Positions 25,247 through 32,950 of a stretch of 64,000 nucleotides of DNA are shown here, piece after piece (the first letter of the stretch is position 1; each line of letters starts with the position of its first letter). The stretch spans positions 4,406 to 68,405 of IMG/VR virus record IMGVR_UViG_3300035695_000003; one strand, given 5' to 3'. The DNA is from a virus. A model generated the notes under the pieces. It was not told where the DNA came from. It did no database searches and was given only the letters and a program-made list of their open reading frames with translations. Both the position numbers and the translations under genes were made by a program.

Positions 25247-25721
25247 CGTCTGCCGTTCTCCTTTCAGCGGAACGCGTAATGATAACACAAACTGCTGCCG
25301 ACGACCATCCCGAGTCGGCGTCGATGCTACTATCTCTGCTGTCAGATAATCTGACAGTCGATCCGATGTTACCAATCGTCGTGTTCGGAAACGGCCTGAA
25401 CACGTGTCGCACAAGTGTTTAGCGTGTTCGCGAGTGTTCGGAACACCGTCGCTGGCCGCGTAACTTCTTATGCCGCTTTTGTTCAGGTGCTCTCGGGCAA
25501 AATCGTCATTGCTAACATCACCTCCGTTCTGGGTCCACGGAACGCCGTAACTTCTTATGCCGCTTTTGTTCCGCGTGTTCCGCGAACAGCCGGAACATTG
25601 GCATTGGCGTCGTGTTCCGCCTGTTCAGACCCTTAGGTCTGAACGGCGAACACCCATGCCCGTGTCAGAACACCTTCGATCATGGCGCCGCGAGGAGTCG
25701 AACCCCGTCGGCGCGGTCTGC
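25247..25721. promoter_or_regulatory. palindrome- and repeat-dense regulatory island (operator cluster and/or origin)
   Basis: 19-bp perfect palindrome CTGTCAGATAATCTGACAG (25339-25357). At least 5 GTGTTC...GAACAC inverted repeats (25381-25403, 25426-25446, 25576-25592, 25609-25655 nested). 26-bp direct repeat CGTAACTTCTTATGCCGCTTTTGTTC at 25459-25484 and 25546-25571. Confidence 0.5.
25681..25706 (-). other. tRNA 3'-end-like fragment (24/26 identical to the 3' end of the tRNA-Tyr gene at 8338-8363); candidate att core or tRNA remnant
   Basis: catggcgccgcGaggaGtcgaacc versus catggcgccgcCaggaTtcgaacc. The remainder does not fold into a tRNA. Confidence 0.4.
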
Positions 25722-25916
25722 CTACTTCAGGTACAGCACCCAGCCCCGCCGGGTGACCGCCATGCCGTGGTCGATGCCCTGGTCCGTCATGAAGGCAGCG
25801 ACCTCGCCCGCCGTGCTGCCGTTGGTGAACAGCGCCTTGCCCTGCTCGATCACGAAGCCTGCCAGCCTGGCGATCGTCGCCTGGCCGAGCACGCCTCCTC
25901 TCGCGATGCGCGTCAT
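25722..25916 (-). CDS. small protein encoded directly downstream of the amidoligase gene
   Basis: SD GAAAGGACG 8 nt before ATG 25916; MTRIARGGVLGQATIARLAGFVIEQGKALFTNGSTAGEVAAFMTDQGIDHGMAVTRRGWVLYLK. Confidence 0.5.
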   Translation of the reverse strand: MTRIARGGVLGQATIARLAGFVIEQGKALFTNGSTAGEVAAFMTDQGIDHGMAVTRRGWVLYLK

Positions 25917-25935
25917 CTGATCAGCTCGTCCTTTC

Positions 25936-27090
25936 TCAGGCGGCCCGCCGGAAGGCGGTCCGGTAATAGTCGGGGTTCCGGTCGAACGTCCACCGCGCCA
26001 GCGTCCGCTGGACGGCGTCGCCCATCACGATCCGCGCGAGCGACCAGCGCCGCGCTTCCGTCCACGGGGGCAGCACGCGGCGCGCCGCCTGCCGCTCCGT
26101 GCCGTCCCACGTCCGCGTCCGCTGCACGTGCAGCTCCAGCGCCCTGTCGAGCTGGTCGTCCGTGCAGCGCTGCGCGAAGTCGACCACCCGCTGCGTCGCG
26201 AGCAGCCACCAGCCTGCCTTGTTCGCGTCGAGCGTGCCCTGATGCGCCCGCATCTCGACGCGGCCGTGCCGCCACCAGTTGGTGAGGTTCAGCGCCTGGT
26301 AGCGCCCGAGCCTGCGCACGTGCGCCGGCAGATCCGTCAGCGCCGCCGAGTCTTCTGCGAACTCGCGACCCCAACGCTCGGCAAACGTGTTGCGCCGCCT
26401 GTCCGTGGGCAGCGCCTCGTGCAACGGCGTGTCGAGCGCGCCCCAGAGCCTGATCAGTCGCTGGACGAAGCCCGTCGTCCGCGCGACCCGCGCCTCGTGA
26501 TGCACGTGGAAGCCGCAGCGCCTGTCGACCCGCGCGCCCGCCGCGACCAGCGCGTTCAGCACGGCCACGACCATCGGCCAGCTCGCCGCCGTGATGGCCG
26601 GCGTCACCATCTCCCACTCGCAGCTGCCGTCGGCCTTGACGTCCCACGTTCGCCCGGTCGAATGGCGATACTCGTGATCGTCGCTGACCTGCTGTTCCGG
26701 CCACGGCGCGAGCGCTTCCCGCACCACGTCGGCCCACTCCGAGCCCGAGCGATATCGCGCGCCCGGCCCGCTCGGGTTGACGAACTCGAACTCCAGCCCG
26801 AAGCGCCGCCGCTGGTCCAGCATCGCTGGATCGAACAGCTCGCCCGGCCCGTCGGGATCGCCCGACCAGCCGATCGGATCCGGCACCGCGTCTGGCAGCG
26901 TCAGCGGGCTCGCCGGCAATTGCCGGCTTCCCCGTTGCCGCGGCCCGCGCGCCGCCTCGCTCCGGTAATACGACAGCGTGTGTCGGGGATCGGCGCAGGT
27001 CGGATGCCTGTCTCTCAGCATCCGCAGCACCGCGTCGTCCGACGCGCCGTTCGCGATGTACTCGCGAACGTCATGCGCTATCGAAGGCAC
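25936..27090 (-). CDS. amidoligase-family (GCS2/glutamine-synthetase-like COOH-NH2 ligase) protein with an N-terminal ~45-aa repeat domain
   Basis: GTG start after AAAGGGGG. N-terminal VREYIANGASDDAVLRMLRDRHPTCADPRHTLSYYRSEAARG (the repeat domain), a linker, then ..RFGLEFEFVNPSG.. (amidoligase G-x-E-x-E-F start) and ..CGFHVHHE... Confidence 0.65.
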   Translation of the reverse strand: MPSIAHDVREYIANGASDDAVLRMLRDRHPTCADPRHTLSYYRSEAARGPRQRGSRQLPASPLTLPDAVPDPIGWSGDPDGPGELFDPAMLDQRRRFGLEFEFVNPSGPGARYRSGSEWADVVREALAPWPEQQVSDDHEYRHSTGRTWDVKADGSCEWEMVTPAITAASWPMVVAVLNALVAAGARVDRRCGFHVHHEARVARTTGFVQRLIRLWGALDTPLHEALPTDRRRNTFAERWGREFAEDSAALTDLPAHVRRLGRYQALNLTNWWRHGRVEMRAHQGTLDANKAGWWLLATQRVVDFAQRCTDDQLDRALELHVQRTRTWDGTERQAARRVLPPWTEARRWSLARIVMGDAVQRTLARWTFDRNPDYYRTAFRRAA

Positions 27091-27180
27091 CGTGCCCCCT
27101 TTCTGGTGAAGTCGCCTGCTCTTCGCGGCCGCTTGCGGCGAGGCCGCTTCGCCCTACACGCGAATGATAAACACGCGCGC

Positions 27181-27224
27181 GTAACAACCACGTAACGGAA
27201 TTGTAACAATCGTGTAACAAAACG
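27181..27224. repeat. four tandem 11-bp GTAAC iterons upstream of the amidoligase gene
   Basis: GTAACAACCAC|GTAACGGAATT|GTAACAATCGT|GTAACAAAACG; GTAAC at 27181, 27192, 27203, 27214 (one helical turn apart). Confidence 0.6.
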
Positions 27225-27294
27225 ATCGGTCCAACCCGTCGCCGTGCATGCCTAGCCGGCTCGCCGAGGAGCCGGCCCCCGCGCCCGTCGCGGA

Positions 27295-27489
27295 CTAGGC
27301 CAGTATCACCCTTATCGTCGGCACGCCGGCGGTTTCTTCGGCGCCGTACGTCTCGACTTCGACCGTGAACACCACCTTCTCGCCGACCCAGGCGTGCGAC
27401 ATCGTCGCGCCCCGCACCGATCTGTATTGCGGCAGCGCCGCGCAGATCGTCATCGCCTGGTCTTCGGTCAAGCCAGTGATGCGCTTCAT
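27295..27489 (-). CDS. hypothetical protein
   Basis: MKRITGLTEDQAMTICAALPQYRSVRGATMSHAWVGEKVVFTVEVETYG.. Confidence 0.45.
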   Translation of the reverse strand: MKRITGLTEDQAMTICAALPQYRSVRGATMSHAWVGEKVVFTVEVETYGAEETAGVPTIRVILA

Positions 27490-27632
27490 TTCAGGATCGC
27501 GGTCGCCGCCGCGAACCCCAGCAGCGCCCGCGCCCCGTACTTCGCGACGCCCTCCCACATCAGGCCGTCGGCGACCAGCAATCGCCGCATTTCGGCCTCC
27601 GACACCATCGCGGCCGCGCCGCGCTTCACCAT
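27486..27632 (-). CDS. hypothetical small protein
   Basis: MVKRGAAAMVSEAEMRRLLVADGLMWEGVAKYGARALLGFAAATAILK. Confidence 0.3.
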   Translation of the reverse strand: MVKRGAAAMVSEAEMRRLLVADGLMWEGVAKYGARALLGFAAATAILK

Positions 27633-27640
27633 CGCCAGTT

Positions 27641-27922
27641 TCACAGGTCTTCGCCACCTTTCTCGCCCTGCGTGGTGTTCGCTTCGTCTTCTGCGATCTT
27701 CTTCAGGTGCTCGTAGTCCGCCAACACGTCGGCGGCGCTCTGACACGCGATCGGCATCTCCTGCACGTAAACCTTGCAGCCGTCGACGATGCCGCTGATC
27801 GCCGCCCAGAGCGCGTCTGCCTCCAACTTGTCGCCGTAAAACTCCGTCACGTCGAGGTCGTTGTCGTCGTCGACGTCGATCAGTACCAGCAGCCACCGTT
27901 TCAATTCGCCGTCTTTCGCCAT
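27641..27922 (-). CDS. acidic hypothetical protein
   Basis: MAKDGELKRWLLVLIDVDDDNDLDVTEFYGDKLEADALWAAISGIVDGCKVYVQEM.. Confidence 0.5.
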   Translation of the reverse strand: MAKDGELKRWLLVLIDVDDDNDLDVTEFYGDKLEADALWAAISGIVDGCKVYVQEMPIACQSAADVLADYEHLKKIAEDEANTTQGEKGGEDL

Positions 27923-28080
27923 TTACAATCGCCACCTTTCTCGCCCTGCTCGGCGGGAAAACGCCCGCCTCGGCCAACGCCATCTTCTGCAAGTCGCCGG
28001 TCGGGAGTCGCACCCGTGGCCCGCATTCGGCCCGGCGAAACAGCAAGGCGGGGCGCCGACCGCTCGCCCCGCCAGTCGCC

Positions 28081-28404
28081 TCACGCCGCCGCGGCGCGCC
28101 GCGCTTCGCGCTGGTAGAACCGCAGCGTCCGGCGCGGGTTGACGCAGGTCGGATACTTCTCCATCACCATCTGCAGAATCGCCCGCTCGTCCGTCCCCGC
28201 CGCCAGCGCCGCCCTGACGTCTGCCGCGATTCCGCCGCGGGGCTTGACGTCAAGCGAAAACGCCGTCCGCGCTTCGCTCTTGTAGTACGCCAGGGTCCGC
28301 GCCGCATTCGCCGTCGCGGGAAAATCGCTGTGAATCATCGCCAGGATCTGCTCGTCGGACTGGCCAGCGGCCAGGGCACTGCGCACGGCCTGCGCGGTAG
28401 TCAT
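28081..28404 (-). CDS. protein made of two tandem copies of the ~45-aa repeat domain that also heads the amidoligase
   Basis: Repeat 1 VRSALAAGQSDEQILAMIHSDFPATANAARTLAYYKSEAR; repeat 2 VRAALAAGTDERAILQMVMEKYPTCVNPRRTLRFYQREAR; SD AAAGGGA before ATG 28404. Confidence 0.6.
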   Translation of the reverse strand: MTTAQAVRSALAAGQSDEQILAMIHSDFPATANAARTLAYYKSEARTAFSLDVKPRGGIAADVRAALAAGTDERAILQMVMEKYPTCVNPRRTLRFYQREARRAAAA

Positions 28405-28956
28405 TTTGACTCGTCCCTTTCTTGCGACACTCGCGTCAGCGCTACAGTGCAGCGTCCGCGCGATGTCAATCTTTCATACGGGGTAGCGCCCCGCGCGCCG
28501 CGAACCATCCTTCCGCCCGCGTGACCTAAAGCTACTAGCTTTATGGCGTAAAGCTAGTAACAATCGTGTAACGGAAAACCGTATATTTATAAGTCCCTCC
28601 GCCCCATGCCCGAGCACGAAAAATGTATAACTATACAGCCCGGTGAATAATTATTCATTTCATCGCGTCCGCGCGACATGCGCAGCGTGCGCGCTGCAAG
28701 ATAATGGCTCAAAGGCTGAAGGACGAAGGTCCGTCGCGCCGGCGCTGCAATTTCGGGGCGGGGGGTGCTGGAAAATCGGGCGGGGGCACTAGTCCGGCGA
28801 ATCGCATCCGGAATCGAGACTGATCCAGACCATGCGCGGACAACGGCTTGCAGCCCGTGGTCCCAGAACCTGGAAGCATGATTCGCGACGGTTCGCACGT
28901 GCGCCCACGATGCGCGCACTGGCGCGCACGACCCTCTCGACCTAGGTTCGCGACAC
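28405..28956. promoter_or_regulatory. AT-richer divergent control region between the leftward early and rightward late modules
   Basis: TTGACA at ~28448 (minus strand). GTAAC iterons AGTAACAATCGTGTAACGG (28555-28573). 15-bp palindrome AAAGCTACTAGCTTT (28526-28540). 12-bp perfect palindrome GAATAATTATTC (28644-28655). Bipartite motif at 28916-28951 (see findings). Confidence 0.5.
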
Positions 28957-29100
28957 ATGAAGACCATCCAGAAGGTTCAGCTGCAGTTGCCCGCGCCCGT
29001 CGCCCGTGCCTTGGCGAGGCGCGCCCTGAAGACGAACGAGCGTCCCGCCCAGCTCGCCGCGCGCCTGGTCCTGGAAGCGCTCTTCAGGAGGGTCCGGTGA
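28957..29100 (+). CDS. ribbon-helix-helix DNA-binding protein (47 aa; not in ORF track)
   Basis: MKTIQKVQLQLPAPVARALARRALKTNERPAQLAARLVLEALFRRVR; the first gene of the rightward module. Confidence 0.45.
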   Translation: MKTIQKVQLQLPAPVARALARRALKTNERPAQLAARLVLEALFRRVR

Positions 29101-29267
29101 GCGCCCCGAAGACCGTCGTGCAGGGGCCGCCGCTCAGATACTGTTGTCTGTGCGGGCAATGGCACGTCTGGTCGAGTGCCGGGTGCCCGAACCAGGGCGG
29201 CGAGAGCCCGGCGCGCCTGACGCCCGAGCAGGCCGAACGGCTCGGCGAGCTGATCCGCCGGGCATGA
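29097..29267 (+). CDS. small Cys-rich protein
   Basis: GTGA-coupled; ..RYCCLCGQWHVWSSAGCPNQ.. Confidence 0.4.
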   Translation: MSAPKTVVQGPPLRYCCLCGQWHVWSSAGCPNQGGESPARLTPEQAERLGELIRRA

Positions 29268-29683
29268 GCGTCACCTGCAGCTACGTCGCCGCGTCGGGGA
29301 AGTCCTGCACGCAGACCACGGGCCTCTTGCCCGGGGTCGACAATCTGCCGCTCTGCGCCTGGCACGACCCCGCCCGTGCCTCTGCCAGAAGGGCCGCTCA
29401 TCGCCGCGGGGAAAAGGCCCGCGAGTCCGGCGCGACGGAGACTCCGCCCCTGACCATGGCGGATCTGCCGATCCAAGAAGTGAACTCGCTCGACGACGCG
29501 GAGCGCCTCGCAAGATGGGCGGTGCTCCAGACGGCGATCGGCAGGCTCCATCCCCGCGCGGCGATGGCCGTGGCGGGGCTCTGCCGCGAGTACCGCATGG
29601 TCCACGCCGAGGCGAGCGCCCAGCAGCGGATCCGGGAGCTGGAAGCGCAGATCAAGGCGTCCAACGAGCGCAAGAAGAGCTGA
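29264..29683 (+). CDS. hypothetical protein (terminase small-subunit candidate by position)
   Basis: ATGA-coupled; MSVTCSYVAASGKSCTQTTGLLPGVDNLPLCAWHDP.. then a helical C-terminus. Confidence 0.45.
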   Translation: MSVTCSYVAASGKSCTQTTGLLPGVDNLPLCAWHDPARASARRAAHRRGEKARESGATETPPLTMADLPIQEVNSLDDAERLARWAVLQTAIGRLHPRAAMAVAGLCREYRMVHAEASAQQRIRELEAQIKASNERKKS

Positions 29684-29703
29684 TCAACCACCACGGAGGC
29701 ATC

Positions 29704-29967
29704 ATGAGCTGGGGCATCTCGTACGCGGCGCTGCACGATCAGGCGCTCGCAGAGTTCGACAAGCAGGCCGGGGCCGTGCTGAAGGGGCAGCCGAACCACG
29801 AGCAGCTCTTCGCGGGGCTGCGGACGACGCTCGAGGCGTATCTCGGCGAGATGAAGGGCTCTGCCTGGAACAACGGGGTGCTGGTCACGACCAGCGGCCA
29901 CGTGGGCGGGGACTACGGGACCGTCCAGCTCGACGTGAAGCCCGTCCGGATCGTCCTCGGTGCCTAA
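29704..29967 (+). CDS. hypothetical protein
   Basis: SD GGAGGC; MSWGISYAALHDQALAEFDKQAGAVLKGQPNHEQLF.. Confidence 0.45.
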   Translation: MSWGISYAALHDQALAEFDKQAGAVLKGQPNHEQLFAGLRTTLEAYLGEMKGSAWNNGVLVTTSGHVGGDYGTVQLDVKPVRIVLGA

Positions 29968-30316
29968 GGCGACCTTCGTTCTCGGACCTCCGGCCTCTGG
30001 GAAGACCACCTTCGTGAAGAAAGAGCTCCCCGACGCCGTCCACGTGGTGAGCCCGTGGCAGGAGAGCTCCCAGATGGTGGGCCTGGCGGCCCGCGAGGCC
30101 GAGCGGACGTTCAAGAAGGCCCTCGCGGAGCAGAAAGACGTCGCCGTCGAGAGCGTTTCCGCCAGAGAGGCGCGCCGGCGGGCCGATCTGGCCGCCCGGG
30201 CGGGCTACGAGGTCAACTGGCACGTCATCGCGTGTCGTCATCCGCGGAAAGTGACGCCCGAGGCCGCCTACGGGACGTTCCGGTGCCTCGACTGCGGCGT
30301 CGAAGGGACGGTCTGA
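29960..30316 (+). CDS. small P-loop NTPase
   Basis: Walker A FVLGPPASGKTTFV; C-terminal CLDCG. Confidence 0.55.
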   Translation: MPKATFVLGPPASGKTTFVKKELPDAVHVVSPWQESSQMVGLAAREAERTFKKALAEQKDVAVESVSAREARRRADLAARAGYEVNWHVIACRHPRKVTPEAAYGTFRCLDCGVEGTV

Positions 30317-30317
30317 C

Positions 30318-31904
30318 GTGCCGACGGGGATCGACAGGCGCCGGCTCGCGACGCTCGAGCGCGAATGGGGCGAAGAGCTCGCGCGGCGAGAGCGCGAAGG
30401 CCAAGAGACGGACTACACGCGCTACGCGGACGATCCCGAGGGCTTCGTCCGCGAGGTGCTGCACGACGACAAGGTCTGGAGCGCGCACGACGAGGCGGAT
30501 CCCGAGATCGGCGGCACGCTCGAGATCATCCGGAGCGTGAAGGACAACGCCCAGACGGTCGTGCGCGGCGCCAACGCCATGGGGAAGGACCACACGGCGG
30601 CCGAGATCATCTGCTGGTGGGTGTACGCGTGCCACGGGCTGGCCATCGTCACGGGCCCGACGCAGCGGCAGGTCGACGAGATCGTGTTCGGCCGCGAGAT
30701 CAAGGGCCAATGGGCGCGCGCCGGACTCCCGGGCCGCGCCTTCGCCCGTGCCTTGCGCCCCGACTACGGCACCGACGACGTGAACGAGGACGGCACGTTC
30801 GCGTGGGGCGCCCTCGGGTTCGTCTCGACGGACCACTCGCACCTCACGGGCCATCACGGGCCCCGCGTCTTGTGCGTCGTGACGGAAGGCCAGGGCGTGG
30901 AAGACATGGTGTTCGACGCCATGTTCAACAACGCCACGGGCGCGAACGACCGGCTCTTGGTCGTCGGGAATCCGACGGACCCGGGCGGCCGGTTCTACAA
31001 GTCGACGAAGCCGGGCTCTGGCTGGCATTCCATCCGGCTCCGGGCCCAGGACCATCCGAACATCAGCCGCGAGGGTGCCAGGCCCGGCGACGACGGCTGG
31101 ATCTGGGGCGGACCCTCGCGCGAGTGGCTGGAGCGCGTCCGCCGCGAGACCCGCGACGAAGGCGGCGAGCGCAGCCGGTTCTGGCAGGTGTTCGTCGAGG
31201 CCCAGTTCCCCGAAGGCGCGACGGACGGCCTCGTGCCGAAGTCGTGGGTGCTCGCGGCCTTCAAGCGCTGGGAGACGGGCGACCGCGCCGCGGGCAACGG
31301 CCGGCCGCTCGTGATCGCGATCGACCCGATGCGGACGGGCGGCGACCACTGCGCGCTCTCGCCCGTGACGGGTCCCGTCGTCCACCCGCTGTATCACTTC
31401 CGGCCCGACGAGCGGAACCCGACGCTCGACATGGTGGCGAAGTGCGAGGCGCTCGCGGCCGCGTACGGCGCGATCGGGGCCGGGGCCGGCAGATCCGTGA
31501 CCTTCGTCGTGGACTCCGCGCTCATGGGCGGCGGCGTGATCGACGTGATGCGCTCGCGCGGCTGGGACGTGGTGGACTGGAACGGGAAGCGACGGGCCTC
31601 GGACGCCGAAGAGCCCGCGCGCTTCCTGGACATGCGCGCGTGGGGCTACTGGCTCCTGCGCGAGGCGTTCCGGCAGAACGTCCCCGTGATCAGGCCGGAC
31701 GACGGGCTCCTGGAAGACCTGATGGCGACGCGCTACGAGACGGGCGCCGCGGACCAGATCAAGATCATCGACAAGAAAGAGATCCGGCGGACGCTCGGGC
31801 ATTCGCCCGACAAGGCGGACGCCGTCATGATGGCCTGGACCATCGCCAACGGCGGCGGCTACGGCCGCGGTGCCGGAGACCCCGACGTGGACTACGGGAT
31901 ATGA
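30318..31904 (+). CDS. terminase large subunit
   Basis: 528 aa. ATPase region (..VVRGANAMGKDHTAAE.., ..LCVVTEGQG..) followed by a nuclease-like region (..LVIAIDPMRTGGDHCAL.., ..SPDKADAVMMAW..). Sits at the head of the structural module. Confidence 0.75.
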   Translation: MPTGIDRRRLATLEREWGEELARREREGQETDYTRYADDPEGFVREVLHDDKVWSAHDEADPEIGGTLEIIRSVKDNAQTVVRGANAMGKDHTAAEIICWWVYACHGLAIVTGPTQRQVDEIVFGREIKGQWARAGLPGRAFARALRPDYGTDDVNEDGTFAWGALGFVSTDHSHLTGHHGPRVLCVVTEGQGVEDMVFDAMFNNATGANDRLLVVGNPTDPGGRFYKSTKPGSGWHSIRLRAQDHPNISREGARPGDDGWIWGGPSREWLERVRRETRDEGGERSRFWQVFVEAQFPEGATDGLVPKSWVLAAFKRWETGDRAAGNGRPLVIAIDPMRTGGDHCALSPVTGPVVHPLYHFRPDERNPTLDMVAKCEALAAAYGAIGAGAGRSVTFVVDSALMGGGVIDVMRSRGWDVVDWNGKRRASDAEEPARFLDMRAWGYWLLREAFRQNVPVIRPDDGLLEDLMATRYETGAADQIKIIDKKEIRRTLGHSPDKADAVMMAWTIANGGGYGRGAGDPDVDYGI

Positions 31905-32116
31905 TCATCTTGCGCGAGCGCGGGGACGGGACGCCCCTCTGGGGCGGACGGCGCTCCGCGCCGGCGTCGAGGCCGCCGGCGCCTGAGAGACGTCCGCGCC
32001 AGGCACGGTGCCTCAGGCCAGGCTGCGGGGCGCCGCTCAGGCTAACCGTCAGCGCCAGAAAGCCTTGGCCCGTGCTCGTCTGCGCCGTGGACCCGCGCCA
32101 CAGGGAAGAGGCGTAG
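31901..32116 (+). CDS. possible small Cys-containing protein overlapping the terminase stop
   Basis: MIILRERGDGTPLWGG..CLRPGCGAPLRLTVSARKPWPVLVCAVDPRH; G/R/P-rich, weak. Confidence 0.2.
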   Translation: MIILRERGDGTPLWGGRRSAPASRPPAPERRPRQARCLRPGCGAPLRLTVSARKPWPVLVCAVDPRHREEA

Positions 32117-32246
32117 CACGAGAGACGCCTGACGTCTAGATTCGCGACTCGGAATGGTCCCGCCGAAGGGCGCTGCCTGCGGCGGCCAAGCGGCCGGAGC
32201 CCTCGCGCGGGGTAACCGGCCGGCCATTTTTTCTAGGAGGTCGTCC

Positions 32247-32516
32247 GTGGCCATCACCGACATGGGTCCCGTCGTCATGCACGAGGGCGCAGGCATGAAC
32301 AGGCAAGGCAGCACGAGCACGCCGCGCAGGCCGCAGGCGCGCAGGCCCGGCATCCGCCGGCTCAAGGCCCGGCGCCCCGCGAAGAAGGCCCCGCGCGCGA
32401 AGACGCGCGGCGGCCGGACGGTCCAAGACAGCGAGAACAACCCCAACGTCGCCGGGTATCACACCGCCGCCGTGGACGCCCCCCTGGGCTACCAGGGCAT
32501 GTTCGGCGCCAAGTGA
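32247..32516 (+). CDS. highly basic small protein
   Basis: AGGAGG 6 nt before GTG 32247; ..RRPQARRPGIRRLKARRPAKKAPRAKTRGGR.. Confidence 0.45.
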   Translation: MAITDMGPVVMHEGAGMNRQGSTSTPRRPQARRPGIRRLKARRPAKKAPRAKTRGGRTVQDSENNPNVAGYHTAAVDAPLGYQGMFGAK

Positions 32517-32524
32517 GGAATCAC

Positions 32525-32764
32525 ATGATCGCTCCCGACAGCACCACCCACCACGACGGCGGCCCGGCGGCCGACAAGCAGATCGACGGCGCCGAGCTCT
32601 ACGCGCTCGGTCCCGACGGCGCGCCGCTTCACGACAAGCATTCGATCAAGCGGCTCCACGACGGTGCCGTGAAGGACGGCCGCACGACGGACGCGGCCTA
32701 CCTGCACGGGCATCTCGAGCGGCGCTTCGGGGGTGGCGGCGGCCACCACGCCGACAGCTACTGA
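32525..32764 (+). CDS. hypothetical protein
   Basis: SD GAGGAA; MIAPDSTTHHDGGPAADKQIDGAELYALGPDG.. Confidence 0.45.
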   Translation: MIAPDSTTHHDGGPAADKQIDGAELYALGPDGAPLHDKHSIKRLHDGAVKDGRTTDAAYLHGHLERRFGGGGGHHADSY

Positions 32765-32949
32765 TGCCCAAGGCGTTCGCGAGCCAGGCACAGGCACGGG
32801 CGTTCCACGCCGTGGCGGCCGGTCGTTCCACGATCGGCATCCCGCGGCGCGTCGCGCAAAAGGCGGTCGCAGAGAACGCGGGCCGCAAGATCGGCGGGCT
32901 GCCGTACAAGGTCCGCCGCCTGAAGTCCACCAAGATCCGGAGCGCGTGA
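32764..32949 (+). CDS. hypothetical small protein
   Basis: ATGA-coupled; MPKAFASQAQARAFHAVAAGRSTIGIPRRVAQKAVAENAGRKIGGLPYKVRRLK. Confidence 0.45.
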   Translation: MPKAFASQAQARAFHAVAAGRSTIGIPRRVAQKAVAENAGRKIGGLPYKVRRLKSTKIRSA

Positions 32950-32950
32950 G

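Noticed and set aside
22478-25279. 933-aa plus-strand ORF and the 23994-25412 minus-strand 472-aa ORF
   Set aside because: Arg/Gly/Pro-rich with no motifs. They overlap the GATase gene and other coherent minus-strand genes in other frames.
25683-25770. Attempt to fold the tRNA-like segment into a complete tRNA
   Set aside because: Only the T-arm and 3' acceptor strand are present. No complementary 5' acceptor strand, D-arm or anticodon stem can be found, so it is a fragment rather than a tRNA gene.
28911-28951. Possible sigma54-type (-24 GG / -12 GC) promoter in the bipartite motif
   Set aside because: The spacing and the TTGC element do not fit the TGGCAC-N5-TTGC consensus.
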